Shown in pieces: positions 39,100 through 52,048 of a stretch of DNA of 64,000 bases. Made by a program: the position numbers and the translations under genes. The stretch lies in NCBI GenBank assembly GCA_026770705.1, contig JANJGN010000026.1:24428001-24492000 (forward strand). Reading direction: 5' to 3'. The stretch comes from Isurus oxyrinchus. Lineage: Eukaryota. The notes under the pieces were generated by a model. That model was not told the DNA's origin and searched no databases. It saw only the letters and a program-made list of their open reading frames with translations. Every line of letters starts with the position of its first letter. Positions within the stretch are counted from its first letter, which is position 1.

Positions 39100-40860
39100 T
39101 TTTCAAAACAAAAACAGAATTACCTGGAAAAACTCAGCAGGTCTGGCAGCAATGGCAGAGAAGAACAAAGTTGATGTTTCGAGTCCTCATGACCCTTCAA
39201 CAGAACTAAGTAAAAATAGAAAAGGGGTGAAATATAAACTGGTTTGGAGTGGGGGGGGGGGAGGGGAGAGTCGGGGGGGCAGTGGTTGTAGGGACAAGCA
39301 AGCAGTGATAGGAGCAGATAATCAAAAGATGTCACAGACAAAAGAACAAAGAGGTGTTGAAGGTGGTGATATTATCTAAATGAATGTGCTGGATGGCAGG
39401 GCACTCAAGGTATAGCTCTAGTGGGGGTGGGGTGAAATAAGACTAAAAGGGCATAAAAGGTATAGATGTAAAAATAATGGAAATAGGTGGGAAAAGAAAA
39501 TCTATATAAATTATTGGAAAAAACAAAAGGAAGGGGGAAGAAACGGAAAGGGGGTGGGGATGGAGTAGGGAGTTCAAGACCTAAAGTTGTTGAATTCAAT
39601 ATTCAGTCCGGAAGGCTGTAAGGTGCCTAGTCGGAAGATGAGGTGCTGTTCCTGCAGTTTGCGTTGGGCTTCACTGGAACAATGCAGCAAGCCAAGGACA
39701 GACATGTGGGCAAGAGAGCAGGGTGGAGTGTTAAAATGGCAAGTGACATGGAGGTCTGGATCATTCTTGCAGACAGACAGAAGGTGTTCTGCAAAGCAGC
39801 CGCCCAGTCTGCATTTGGTCTCTCCAATGTAAAGGAGACCGCATTGGGAGCAACAAATGCAGTAGACTAAGTTGGGGGAAATGCAAGTGAAATGCTGCTT
39901 CACTTGAAAGTAGTGTTTGGGCCCTTGGACGGTGAGGAGAGGGGAAGTGAATAGGGAGGTGTTGCATCTTTTGCGTATGCTTGAGGAGGTGCCATAGGTG
40001 GGGGTTGAGGAGTAGAGGGTGATGGAGGAGTGGACCAGGGTGTCCTGGAGGGAACAATCCCTACAGAATGCCACCGGGGTGGTGAAGGGAAGATGTGTTT
40101 GGTGGTGGCATCATGCTGGAGTTGGCAGAAATGGCAGAGGATATCCTTTGAATGCGAAGGCTGGTGGGGTGATAAGTGAGGACAAGGGGGACCCTATCAT
40201 GTTTCTGGGAGGGAGGAGAAGGTGTGAGGGTGGATGCACGGGAGATGGGCCAGACACAGTTGAGGGCCCTGTCAACCACCGTGGGTGGAAAACCACAGTT
40301 AAGGCAGAAGAAGGACATGTCAGAGGAACTATTTTTGAAGGTAACATCATCAGAACAGATGCGACAGAGGCGAAGGAACTGAGAGAATGGGATGGAGTCC
40401 TTTCAGGAAGCGGGGTGTGAGGAGCTGTAGTCAAGGTAGCTGTGGGAGTCGGTAGGCTTGTAATGAATATTGGTGGACAGTCTATCACCAGAAATTGAGG
40501 GAAGAGGTCAAGGAAGGGAAGGGAAGTGTCAGAGATGGACCATGTAAAAATGATGGAGGGGTGGAGATTGGAAGCAAAATTAATAAATTTTTCCAAGTCC
40601 CGACGAGAGCATGAAGCAGCACCGAAGTAATCATCGATGTACCAGAGAAAGAGTTGTGGGAGGGTGCCGGAGTAGGACTGCAACAAGGAATGTTCCACAT
40701 ACCCCATAAAGAGACAGGCATAGCTGGGGCCCATGCGGGTACCCATAGCCACACCTTTTATTTGGAGGAAGTGAGAGGAGTTAAAGGAGAAATTGTTCAG
40801 TGTGAGAACAAGTTCAGCCAGACGGAGGAGAGTAGTGGTGGATGGGGATTGTTCCATCAC
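39100..40860 (-). mobile_element. Penelope-like retroelement, 5'-truncated (RT + GIY-YIG)
   Basis: RT: LTLNNFSFNSSHFLQIKGVAMGTRMGPSYACLFM...YIDD. Endonuclease: NLVYCICCSQCGLLYIGET...EHL. Confidence 0.93.
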
Positions 40861-41044
40861 ACTAGTGCCATCCAATGTCGCTATTTAGATTATGCCAGAC
40901 CATGTCTTTGTTATTCTCTGTTTCAAGCCTTCCATCCACACTTTCTCACCAAATGATGAGCAGGCAGATTTTCTTCGGTGACTCAAATGAGACTAGGGAT
41001 CTTACACTGTACACATTAGCTGCATCATTTCTTAACAAAGTGGA

Positions 41045-42316
41045 AACATAAGGACACAGAAAGTAGTAGCAGGAGGAGTCATTCAATATGATCATGGCTG
41101 ATCCTCCATCTCAATGCCATATTCCCGGTCTCTCCTCATATCCCTTGATGCCTTTAGAGTTCATAAATCTATTCCCTTCTTAAATGTATTTAGTGACATG
41201 GCCTCCACCACTCTCTGCGATAAAGAATTCAACAGGGTCACCGCCCTCTGAGTGAAGAGGATTCTCTTCATCTCAGTCTTAAATGACCTCCCCATATCCT
41301 GTGACTGTGACCTCATGTTAAGGCCCTGAATCAGAGAAAACATTATCCTTGCATCCAGTCTGCACAGCCCTGTTAGAATTTTAGATGTTTCAATGGGATC
41401 TCCTCTCATTCTTTTAAACTCCAGTGAATACAGGCCTAGCCGGCTAAACCTCTCATTACACAACAATCCCACCATTCCAGGAATCAGTCTGGTAAACCTT
41501 CACTGCACTCACTCTACGGCAAGTATATCCTTTCTTATGTGTGTTAGAGGGAATACAGTAAGAATTTATTGAAAGGGAATTACTTAGAATCTTCAGGCAG
41601 ACAGTGCCATCAAGTACATTACAGTTAAGGGTTACCAAATGAACTTTGCACACCCTTAGGGCCTGCAATCACCAGAAAGGCCCTGGAACTTGGACTGGAG
41701 ATGCAGGGTGAAAACAGGATAGATTAAGTGTCCTCTTCAACAGATAAGGAAAGAACAGATGGTCCCAGCTTGGGTAGGGGGAGAAGGCTGTGCCTGGGTG
41801 AAGGCAGATGTATTCACCTAGAACCAGAGATATCTGTTTATTGTAAAGCTATATGTTGACAAGATTGGAATCTGAGCAATGTTCTTTACGTGATGTATAA
41901 ATAAGCTGTATACTTGTAATTTGGTCGAGTGCTACCTCAAGCTGCTTTGAGGTGGTTTTCTCCTTTCAATTGCTCGAATAAACAATCGTAACCTGTACGT
42001 GAGCCTCCTGTGGTTCGTTTGTCAAAGGTACCACAACAGGTGAGGAGAGCAAAACTGCTCACAATAGCCCAGGTGCGATCTCACCAAGGCCCTGTATAGC
42101 TGCAGTGAGACATCCTTGCTCCTCTACTCAAGGCCTCTTGCAATGAAAGCCAACATACCACCTGCCTTCTTCAATGCTTGCTGCACCTGCATGCTTGCTT
42201 TCAATGACTGGCGTACAAGGACACCCGGATCTCTTTGAATATCAACATTCCCCAATCTATCACCATTTGAATAATACTCTGCCATTGTGTGTTTCCTACC
42301 AAAGTGGATAACTTCA
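41045..42316 (-). mobile_element. CR1 3' fragment split by a solo LTR; appears to resume at about 45590-45750
   Basis: RLGLYSLEFKRMRGD and GMLAFIARGLE; CR1 sequence tcctttctta|ggtgaggag is continuous across the insertion. Confidence 0.85.
41542..42038 (+). mobile_element. Solo LTR (497 bp)
   Basis: TGTT...AACA termini, 4-bp TSD tgtg/ggtg (one mismatch), TATAAATA at about 41897 and AATAAA at about 41977; interrupts a CR1. Confidence 0.8.
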
Positions 42317-42559
42317 CCAGGGGTCACAGTCTGAGGATATGGTGTAGACAATTTAGGACGGAGATGAGGAGAAATTTCTTCACCCAGAGAATGATGAACC
42401 TGTGGAATATCGTCTGTTTTCAAGAAGGAGTTAGATATAGCTCTTGGGGCAAAATGGATCAAAGGGTATGGAGAGAAAGCGGGAGCAGGCTATTGAGTTG
42501 GATGATCAGCCATGATCATAATAAATGGCGGAGCAGGCTCGAAGGGCCGAATAAGACAA

Positions 42560-45400
42560 TAAGACCATAAGAGATATGAGCAGAAATTAGGCCATTCGGC
42601 CCATTGAGCCTGTTCCGCCTTTCAATCACGGCTGATACGTTTCTCAACCACATTCTCCTGCCTTGTCTCCATAAGCTTTGATCCTCTTACCAATCAAGAA
42701 CCTATCTATCTCGATCTTAAATACACACAATGACTTGGCCTCCACAGCCTTCTGTGGCAATGAATTCCATAGATTCACCACTCTCTGACTAAATAAGTTT
42801 CTCCTCATTTCTGTTCTAAAAGGTCTTACCTTTACTCTGAGGCTGTGCCCTCGGGTCCTAGTCTCTCCTACTAATGGAAACATCTTCCCCACGTCCACTC
42901 TATCCAGGCCTTTCAGTATTCTGTAAGTTTCAATCAGATCCCCCCTCATTCTTCTAAACTCCATCGAGTATAGACCCAGAATCCTCAAACGTTCCTCATA
43001 TGTTAAGCCTTTAATTCCTCGGATCATTCTCGTGAACCTCATCTGGACCCTCTCCAGGGCCAGCACATCCTTCCTGAGATACGGGGCCCAAAATTGCCCA
43101 CAATATTCTAAATGTGGTCTGACCAGAGCCTTATAAAGCCTCAGCAGCACATCCCTGCTTTTATATTCTAGTTCTCTCGGAATAAATGCCAACGTTGCAT
43201 TTGCCTTTCTAACTACCGACTCAACTTGCAAATTAACCTTAAGGGAATCCTGGACGAGGACTCCCAAGTCCCTTTGCACTCCAGATTTCTGAATTCTCTC
43301 CCCATTTAGAAAATAGTCTATGCCTTTATTATTCTTACCAAAGTGCATGACGTCACACTTCCCCACATTGTATTCCATCTGCCACTTCTTTGCCCATTCT
43401 CCTAACCTGTCTAAATCCTTCTGCAGACTCCCCGCCTCCTCAATACTACCTGTCCCTCCACCTATCTTTGTATCATCTGCAAACTTATCCAGAATGCCCT
43501 CAGTTCCTTCATCTAGATCATTAAAGTATAAAGTGAAAAGTTGTGGTCCCAACACTGACCCCTGTAGAATTCCACTAGTCACCGGCCACCACCCTGAGAA
43601 GGACCCCCTTATCCCCACTCTGCCTTCTGCCAGACAGCCAATCTTCTATCCATGTTAGTACCTTGCCTCTAACACCATGGGCTCTTATCTTACCGTGCAG
43701 CACCTTGTCAAAGGCCTTCTGGAAGTCCAAGTAGATAACATCCATTGGCTCTCCTTTGTCTAACCTGTTTGTTACCTCCTCAAAGAATTCTAACAGATTT
43801 GTCAGGCATGACCTCCCGTTGATGAAACCATGCTGACTTTGCCCGATTTTACCATGCACTTCCAAGTATTCTGAAATCTCATCCTTAATAATGCACTCTA
43901 AAATCTTACCAATGACCGAAGTCAGGCTAATTGGCCTGTAATTTGCCGTCTTTTGCCGCACTCCCTTCTTAAACAGGGGGTTACATTAGCAATTTTCCAG
44001 TCCTCTGAGACCCTCCCTGACTCCAGTGATTCCTGAAAGATCACCATTAATGTCTCCACTATCTGTTCAGCTATCTCCTTCAGAACTCTGGGGTGTAATC
44101 CATCTGGTCCAGGATTTATCCACCTTCAGACCTTTCATTTTTCCTAGCACCTTCTCCTTGGTAATGGCCACCATACTCACCTCTGCCCCCCGACTCTCTT
44201 GAACTTTGATGGTGTTACTCGTGTCTTCCACCGTGAATACTGACGCAAAGTACCTATTCAGTTCCTCCGCCATTTCTTTGTTCCCCATTACTACTTCTCC
44301 AGTGTCATTTTCCAGTGGCCCAATGTCCACTTTTGCCTCTCTTTTACCTTTTATATATCAAAAAAAACTCTTGCAATATTCTTTTATTTTACTGGCTAGT
44401 TTACCCTCATATTTAATCTTCTCCCTCCTTATTTCTTTTTTAGTTGTTCTCTGTTGGTCTTTGTAAGCTTCCCAATCCCCTGGTTTCCCACTGCTCTTCG
44501 CCGCATTGTATGCTCTCTTTTTAGCTTTTATGCTGTCCCTGACTTCCCTTGTCAGCCATGGTTGCCTCGTCATCCCTTTAGTATGTTTCTTCTTCCTAGG
44601 GATGAATTTTTGCTGTGTCTCCCAAATTACTCCCAGAAACTCCTGCCATTGCTGTTCCACTGTCTTTCCTGCTAGGTTCATCTCCCAGTCAATTCTGGCC
44701 AGTTCCTCCCTCATGCCTCTGTAGTTGCCTTTATTCAACTGTAATACCGTTACATCTGATTCCAGCTTTTTCTTCTCAAATTGCAGGGTAAATTCTATCA
44801 TATTATGGGCACTTCCTCCTGAAGATTCCTTCATCTTAAGTTCCCTTATCAAACCTGCCTCATTACACATCACTAAATCTAGAATTGCCTGTTCCCTAGT
44901 GGACCCCTCCACAAGCTGCTCCAAAAAGCCATCTCGTAGACATTCCACAAATTCCTTTTCTTGGGATCCACTACCAACCTGATTTCCCCATTCTACCTGC
45001 ATATTGAAATCCCCCATGATCACTGTAACTTTGCCTTTCTTACACGCTTTTTCTATCTCCTGATGTATCTTGTGCCCCACATCCTGACTACTGTTCAGAG
45101 GCCTGTACATAACTCCCATTATGTCTTTTTGTACCTTTGTGATTCCCCAATTACACCCACACAGATTCTACATCATCTGCCCTACGTCGTTTCTTGCTAT
45201 CAATTAAATTTAATTTCTTACTAACAAAACAACCCCACCCCCTCTGCCAACCTGCCTATCTTTTTGATTGGATGTGCATCCTTGGATATTTAGCTCCCAG
45301 TCCTGATCCCCTTGCAGCCATGTCTCCATGATGCCCACCACATCATAGCTGCCAATTTCAATCTGCTCATTTACCTTATTTCGTATATTGCATGCCTACT
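42560..45400 (-). mobile_element. Young CR1 LINE, most of ORF2 (APE + RT), with frameshifts
   Basis: IMGDFN, ILDLV, NYRPISLTS, QHGF, YLDFQKAFDKV, QGSVLGP, KFADDTK. Confidence 0.95.
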
Positions 45401-45444
45401 CCTGCTCTTCACTGTTTCTTACTTATCCACTTTGCTCTGAATCT

Positions 45445-45588
45445 GCCATGTAACTCTTTCGAACACAAGCACATTTCCATCTGTTTCAGATGACGTTACA
45501 TTGTTTCATAGTTTGCTATTGTGAGATTTGAACTCTTGATCTTGGGGTTACAAACCCAGTACCATAACCACTTGGCTATTTAGGCCAA
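45445..45588 (-). mobile_element. tRNA-derived SINE (family B)
   Basis: Head ggcctaaatagccaagtggttatggtactgggtttgtaaccccaagatcaagagttcaaatc with A and B boxes; second copy at 51912-52048. Confidence 0.75.
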
Positions 45589-46174
45589 GCTGAATCTGGC
45601 ATGTACTTGCCCACTCAATCAACTTGTCTAAATTGCCTTGTAGCCTCTTAGTATTCTCCTCACCACTGACATGCCCACCTAGTTTTGTGTCGTCAGCAAA
45701 CTTGTAAATATTACATTTGGTTGCCTCATTCAAATCATTGATATAAGTAATTCATCCACCGTGAAATATGGTGACCCTGGTTATAAACATACATCTTAGG
45801 AAACAGCCAATTGATCATGGCTTGTATGCCAGCCCTTTGAATGAGCCATCCAGTTAGCTACATTCACCTACTCAGTGTTCAAATCCGCCCTATTCAAGTA
45901 TTTATCAAATACTTGTGTGGAAGCTACTCTTCAACTTACGCCCAGCTTCCTTTCAGGTAGCACATGTCAGATCACAAATCACCGCTTAAGAATTCCCCGT
46001 GTTATCAATTACATTATTTTAAGCATGAGAGGTGAACTTCATGGACATGGAGTTTCAGTGGTGCAGAGCTGTTCCTGACAAAGAACGAAAGGAAAACCAA
46101 AAGAAAGGGAAAGAAAAGTAGGAAGGAAGGAAGGAGGGAAGGCAGGCAAGAAGGAAGGAGAGAAAGATAATAAT

Positions 46175-46615
46175 TTATTCAGCGCCTTTCAACACCCCAA
46201 GACATTCCAAAGTGCTTTAGAACCAATGAAGTATTTTACAGTTGCAATGTCGGATTTTGGCAGAAAATGTGCGCAGAGCAAGATTCCAGAGATATATGGG
46301 ACACTTGAACACAAATATGATTTCAGTTGTATCAGATGAGAGACAAATATTGGCCCAGAGCCCTGGGGTGAACACTTCCTCTGTTTTATGTGAAACAGTG
46401 ACAGTGGCTGAATTTACAATACATCGTGAACGTGTAGACACCGAACATAGATCTCATCCAGAAAGAGATCACCTCCAACCGCTCAGTATTCCTACGGTAT
46501 TGGTCACAGGGGGCTGTCAGTGCTGGATTCGGGCCTTACGTCCCTGGAGTGTGGGAACTTGAACCGCCGGATTTATGATGAAGCTGACAGGTAGTTCCAA
46601 ACACTGAGTCACTCT
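46175..46615 (-). mobile_element. Deu-domain-like SINE 3' of GPCR copy 1
   Basis: Similar to 50130-50520 and 13930-14210 (tctcatccagaaaga, caaagtgcttta.a.ccaatgaagta). Confidence 0.55.
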
Positions 46616-46641
46616 GACGGAAGGGGAGGCTTTATTATTTT

Positions 46642-47527
46642 TTACCGTTTTAAACAACTGGTGAGGGTGGCGAATGGATATATCATCACTTTCCTCAGCT
46701 CCTCTCGGAACTTGCTCTGGGCCACCACGTAGATGAAGACGTTGTTGCAGGAGCTGAGTAACTGCAGCATGTTGGTTGTCTCTTGAAGGATGTAATCCGG
46801 GTCATTGAAATCCAGGCCCGTGAAGTAAGCCTCACCCGGAATCCGTATTTAGAGGAAATGTCCGACATAGGTGACCCACAGGAGGAGGAAGCTGAGGGAG
46901 ATGGCGAAGAGCAGGACAAAGGACCTCTTGCGGTTGATCATCTCCTGGTCTCCGTGACTCTCGGCGGCCCGGAGCTTCCTGCGGGCTCTGCTGGCCGCTA
47001 AGATGTGCCTTACGGTCAGGGCGTTAAGCAGCAGAATGGGGAGGAACGGGAGGAAAGGAGTTAAGATGTGGTCAAGCCAGTCATAGGCCTGCCAGGCGGT
47101 GGAGGAATAATAAGCTGCTATGATGTCACAGAACCAGGGCACCCCGTCCAAGGTGTACAAAGGCTGGTAGGTGAAATGGAAAGGGACGTTCTTGGTGCAG
47201 CTCAGGGCACTGACCAGTCCTATTTCCTTGGTGCAGTGCCTGGTCTTCAGGCCATGAGCGCAGATGGCCACAAAACGGTTGAAAGTGAAGGCGACCGTCA
47301 GCCAGATTGAGCCATCCCGAGTGGCAAAGACCAGCACGGCGCTGAGCTTGCATGCAGGTGTAGTGGACAGGACACTGAACCTGAAGTAAATTCCACCAAT
47401 CCGGTTGAGGATGACGGCGATGATTATGACCAGGAAATCGGCCACCGCTATCGCCAACAGGTATAGGTGATGCAACGGGAGAGTCCGCACCGTCCTCGGG
47501 CTAGTATTACAATCCCCAACAAGTTAG
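46642..47527 (-). pseudogene. GPR139/GPR142-like class A GPCR pseudogene, copy 1 (main exon only)
   Basis: Acceptor tctctcatag, then NLLGIVILARGRCGLSRCITY, a 1-nt frameshift, LLAIAVADFLV...SIWLTVAFTFNRFVAIC...PFLPFL.ILLLNALTVRHILAASRARR...GHFL, an in-frame TAA at 46849, then ...SSCNNVFIYVVAQSKFREEL...LKR*. Also a short in-frame deletion near TM4. Confidence 0.9.
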
Positions 47528-48039
47528 CTATGAGAGACACAAATAGAGCTGTTAGCAAGCGGGATTCAAACACCAGCTATTGCCTCACCCAATCTGTTAG
47601 TAAAAGCCTCCTCATCTGTCACTTTTACACTCCAGACTCCCACTATTCCAACACCATTGGGAATTTGTTTGACATCTAATGCTGGATTGGCGCTTGGCAA
47701 TGCAGGAGGGACAACAATCAACCCCCGCCATAATCTCTGCTCTCTGGTCATTGAATCAATCTTCGGGGCTAGCTATCCAGCTAAACCTGATTTGAAACAT
47801 ATGCTGCTCATGCCCTTATTCATGCCAAGTCCCATCCATCCATCAGCCCGATGCTCGCTGATCTCCATTGATTAATAGTTGGACAACGGCTCGGTTTTAA
47901 TAATCGGATTCTTCAAAATTTCAAACACCTCCACAGTCTCATCAATCCTCCTCTTGTAACACCCCATGGCCATCTGAGATCTCAGCATACCACCCATTCT
48001 GCCCTCTTGTGTATCCCTGATATTAATCGATCCATCATT

Positions 48040-49775
48040 GGCGCTAAGGGTTTTGAATGAATATTTTGTCTCCGTGTTTACAAAGGAAAGGGAGGATGTA
48101 GATATAGTAGTCCAGGAGGAACACTGCGAGATATTGGACAGGATAATCATAAAGAGAGAGGAAGTACTCGAAGGGTTGAAATACTTCAAAGTTTATAAGT
48201 CACCAGGGCCAGATGGATTGTTTCCAAGGCTGCTGAAGGAAGTCAGGGAGAAGGTAGCAAATGCTCTGAGGATGATTTTCCAATCTTCACTAGATACAGG
48301 GGAGGTACCGGAGGACTGGAGAAATGAAACGTAGTTCCATTGTTTAAAAAGAGATCAAAGGAAATGCCAAACAATTATAGGCCAGTTAGTCTTACATCAG
48401 CGGTGAGCAAATTAGCAGAATCAATCCTGAGAGATAGGATTAACTGTCGTGTGGAAAGGCATGGACTAGTCAGGGATGGTCAACATGGATTTGTTAAAGG
48501 AAGGTCTTGCCTCAAAAATTTGATTGAATTCTTTGAGGAAGTGACAAGAAGGGTTGATGAAGGTAGTGCAGTGGATGTCATGTACATGGATTTTAGGAAG
48601 GCATTTGACAAGGTCCCACCTGGAAGATTGGTCTGGAAAGTAAAAGCCAATGGGATTCTGGGTAATGTGGCAAACTGGATAAAAGGTTAGCTTTGTAACA
48701 GGAAACAAAGGGTAATGGTCAATGGATGCCCTTGTGAATGGAAAGTTGTCTCAAGTGGTGTTCCACAGGGCTCGGTGTTGGGACCTTTGCTGTTTGTGTT
48801 ATATATTAATGATGTGGACGTGATTGTGGGGGGTAGAATTGGGAAATTTGCAGATGACACAAAGATTAGGCGAGTAGTGGATAGTGTAGAGGGTAGCCAT
48901 AATCTCCAAAACGATATAGATGGGTTGGTGGAGTGGGTGGTAAAGTGGCAGATGGATTTCAACATAGACAAGTGTGAGGTCTATATTTTGGGAGATCAAA
49001 TAGTTGCAGGGATTACACAATAAAGGGGAATATACTAAGAGGGGTAGATGAAGTGAGAAATCTTGGCGTACAAGTACACAGGTCCCTAAAGGAGCAGTTC
49101 AAGTAGACAAGGTTGTAAAAAAGGCATATGGAATGCTCTCCTTCATTGGCAGAGTTACAGAATATAAAAGTAAGGATATTATGTTGGAATTGTATAAAAC
49201 AGTGGTGAGGCCACAACTGGAGTATTGTGTGCAGTTCTGGTCACCACATTACAGGAAAGACGTAATAGTTCTGGAGAGAGTGCAGAGGAGGTTTACAAGA
49301 ATGTTGCCAGGGTTAGAAAAGTGTAGCTACGAGGAGAGATTGGACAGGTTGGGGTTATTTTCCTTCGAACAAAGAAGGCTGAGAGGTGACTTGATTGAGG
49401 TGTACAAAATTATGAGGGGAATAGATAGAATGGACAGGTTAAAATTGTTTCCCTTGGTGGAGAATTTTAGAACCAGGGGACATAGATTCAAGACAAATGG
49501 CAGAGTGTGAACGGGGGACATGAGGATTAATTTTTTTATGCAGAGGGTAGTCGGTGTCTGGATTTCACTGCCCAAGTTGGTGGTAGAGGCAGAAACTCAA
49601 CTCTTTTAAAAAGTACCTGGATCTGCACCTTAAGCGCTGTAAGTTGCAGGGGTACGGGCCGGCTGCAGTAAGGTGGGATAAGAAAGGGCATCTGGGTGTC
49701 CTCGGGCTGGCATGGACAAGATGGGCCGAATGGCCTCCTTCTGTGCTGTAACTTTTCTATGGTTCTATGGTTCTA
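48040..49775 (+). mobile_element. CR1 LINE, 5'-truncated, inserted into an L2-like relic
   Basis: KSPGPDG, NYRPVSLTS, DFRKAFDKV, GVPQGSVLGP, FADDTK; tail ttctatggttctatggttct. Confidence 0.93.
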
Positions 49776-50129
49776 GTAGCATCAGCTGTCGAGGCCCTAA
49801 TCATAATCGACGGTTCCGTCTCTCCTTCCTTCTTTGGAATCTTTCTTATAACCTGTCTCTTGATCAAACTTATGATCGTCGACCACAACATCTCCTTATG
49901 TCGTTCTATATCAATTTTGTTTGTTAAAGTTACTCTGAAGCATCCCCAACATAGGTACTGCGATGGTTGACGTAAAACCACAATTCCATCTTCTCAGGAG
50001 AGATGAGCAATACATGTTGACCTCGCCAACACCAGCCACATCCCATGAATAAAAAATATTTAATTATGCAAAATGAAATTTAAATGCACCAAGCCTATCA
50101 GCGCAAGTCAAACTGCATAACAGATTTTT

Positions 50130-50520
50130 AAAAAGCACCTAACAGCCAATTAAGTTCTTTCCAGTTGTTGTGACTGTTGTAATATAAGAAACGCGGCAGA
50201 AGTTTCTACGAACAATTGACCAAAGTGCAGAGAATTGGTTTCAAAGGTGCATGTGGGGATAAATATGGGCCCAGGGCACGGGGAATATTTCCTGCTGTTC
50301 TTTTACGAAGAGACCGTGAGGTAATTTACATTTCACCTTAGATTGCACACACGGATCTCGGTTTAGTGTCTCATCCAGAAAGATGACAGCTCCGACAGTG
50401 CAGCACTCCTTCAGTTCTGCCAACCAGGGACTTTTGGCCTGGGGTTATAGAGTTTCTGTTTTTGGTCTGGGATCCGAACCCACGACATTTTTTTTCAGCT
50501 GAGGGACATAAAGTGCCACC
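50130..50520 (-). mobile_element. Deu-domain-like SINE 3' of GPCR copy 2
   Basis: tctcatccagaaagatgacagctccgacagtgcagcactcc core. Confidence 0.55.
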
Positions 50521-51695
50521 GCTCTGGTGGAGGAGAAACAACAGGAGCAAGTAATGGGAGTTGGCGCTTAAAAAGGGAGAAGCGAATGTTCAATTATTCT
50601 GGAACCGTTCAAAGCAACCATTGAGAGTGGAGAATGGACACATCAGCAGGTTCTTCAACTCTTCTCGGAACTTGGCCTGAGTCACTGCGTAAATGAAGAT
50701 GTTGGTGCAGGAACAAATCAGCTGCAGCATGTTGGTCGTCTCTTGAAGGATGTGCTGCGGATCATTGAAATCCAGGCCGGTGAAGTAGGCCTCACCTGTA
50801 ATCTGTACATAGAGGAAATGTCCGACATAGGTGACCCACAGGAGGAGGAAGCTGAGCGAGATGGCGGTTGTCCATCTCAGAATCCCCACGATTCTCGGCA
50901 CCCCAGAGTCTCCTGCGGGCTCTGCTGGCTGCTAGGATGTGCCTTACAGTCAGGGCATTAAGTAATAGAATCAGAAAGAAGGAGAGAAATGGCATTAAGA
51001 TGCGGTCCAGCCAGAGATAGGCTTGCCAGACAGTTAAGGTGTAGAAGGTGGCTTTGATGTCGCAGAACCAGGGCATCCCATCCAGGATGTACAAGGGCTG
51101 GCAGGTGAAGAAGAAGGGGATGTTCGTGATGCAACTTCAGGCACAGACCAGTCCTATAACCAGCGACACAGTTTTCTCGGTGCAGAATCTGGTCTTTAGG
51201 CTCTGACAGCAGATGGCCACAAAACGGTCGATGGTGAAGGCCACTGTCAGCCAGACTGAGCCATCCCGGATGGCATAGACCAGCAGGTTGCTGACCATGC
51301 ACCCCGGGGTGGTGGACAGGGTGGAAAGTAAATGCCACCAAACCGGCTGAGGATGACGGCGGCGATCATGACAAGGAAATCTGTTACCGCTTTTGCTTAC
51401 AGGTAGTAGGTGATGCGCCGGGAGAGTCCGCACTGCCCTCGGGATAGGATTATGATCGCCAGAAAACTGGCTGCAAGAGAGAGAAAAAGAGAGAGAAAAA
51501 AGTTAAAGATCTCACTCTAAATACCAGCCACTTGTTACGATCTTGTTAGGGATCAATAACATTTAAGATCTATATTTTTAATTAACATTTGGTCAGTTTT
51601 GCAGACACAGTCTTCAAGTGGATTTGCAATTCCATCTTTCAGGATGATGGGTCAAAGTGTTCTCATATCCAAAAGCTCAGGTCTGTAGAAACTGC

Positions 51696-51851
51696 TCAGG
51701 TCTCTTTCAGCTTGTTGACTTTAACATTTACATCTGCTGCTTTCTTTGCCTCTGCTTGGTACTGGGGCTTTAGGGCAGCCCTCACCGCTTGTGCACAGAT
51801 TCGAGAGTACTGAATGTAGCTCAAGCCGGCTTGCCTCCAGAACGCCACCAT
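51696..51851 (-). CDS. ATP5F1E: Intronless retrocopy of mitochondrial ATP synthase F1 subunit epsilon, ORF intact (51 aa)
   Basis: [51 protein letters not shown], against recalled human [28 protein letters not shown]. The insert spans 51567-51902 with UTRs, ATTAAA at 51582-51577, and TSD caataacatttaa (51554-51566) / caaaaacatttaa (51903-51915). Confidence 0.93.
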   Translation of the reverse strand: [51 protein letters not shown]

Positions 51852-51911
51852 CTTCACTTCTCACTTCACTTCTTTCACCACCTCGGCCAAGATGGCGCCC
51901 AGCAAAAACAT

Positions 51912-52048
51912 TTAACTCTTTCGAGTACAAACCCATTTCCATCTGTTTCAGATGAAGTTACATTGTTTCATAGTTTACCATTGTGAGATTTGAACTCTTG
52001 ATCTTGGGGTTGCAAACTCAGTACCATAACCACTTGGCTATTTAGGCC
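51912..52048 (-). mobile_element. tRNA-derived SINE (family B) directly upstream of the retrocopy
   Basis: Closely similar to 45445-45588. Confidence 0.75.

Noticed and set aside
45520-45588. tRNA gene
   Set aside because: No acceptor-stem pairing, and the shared downstream body with 51912-52048 indicates a SINE head.
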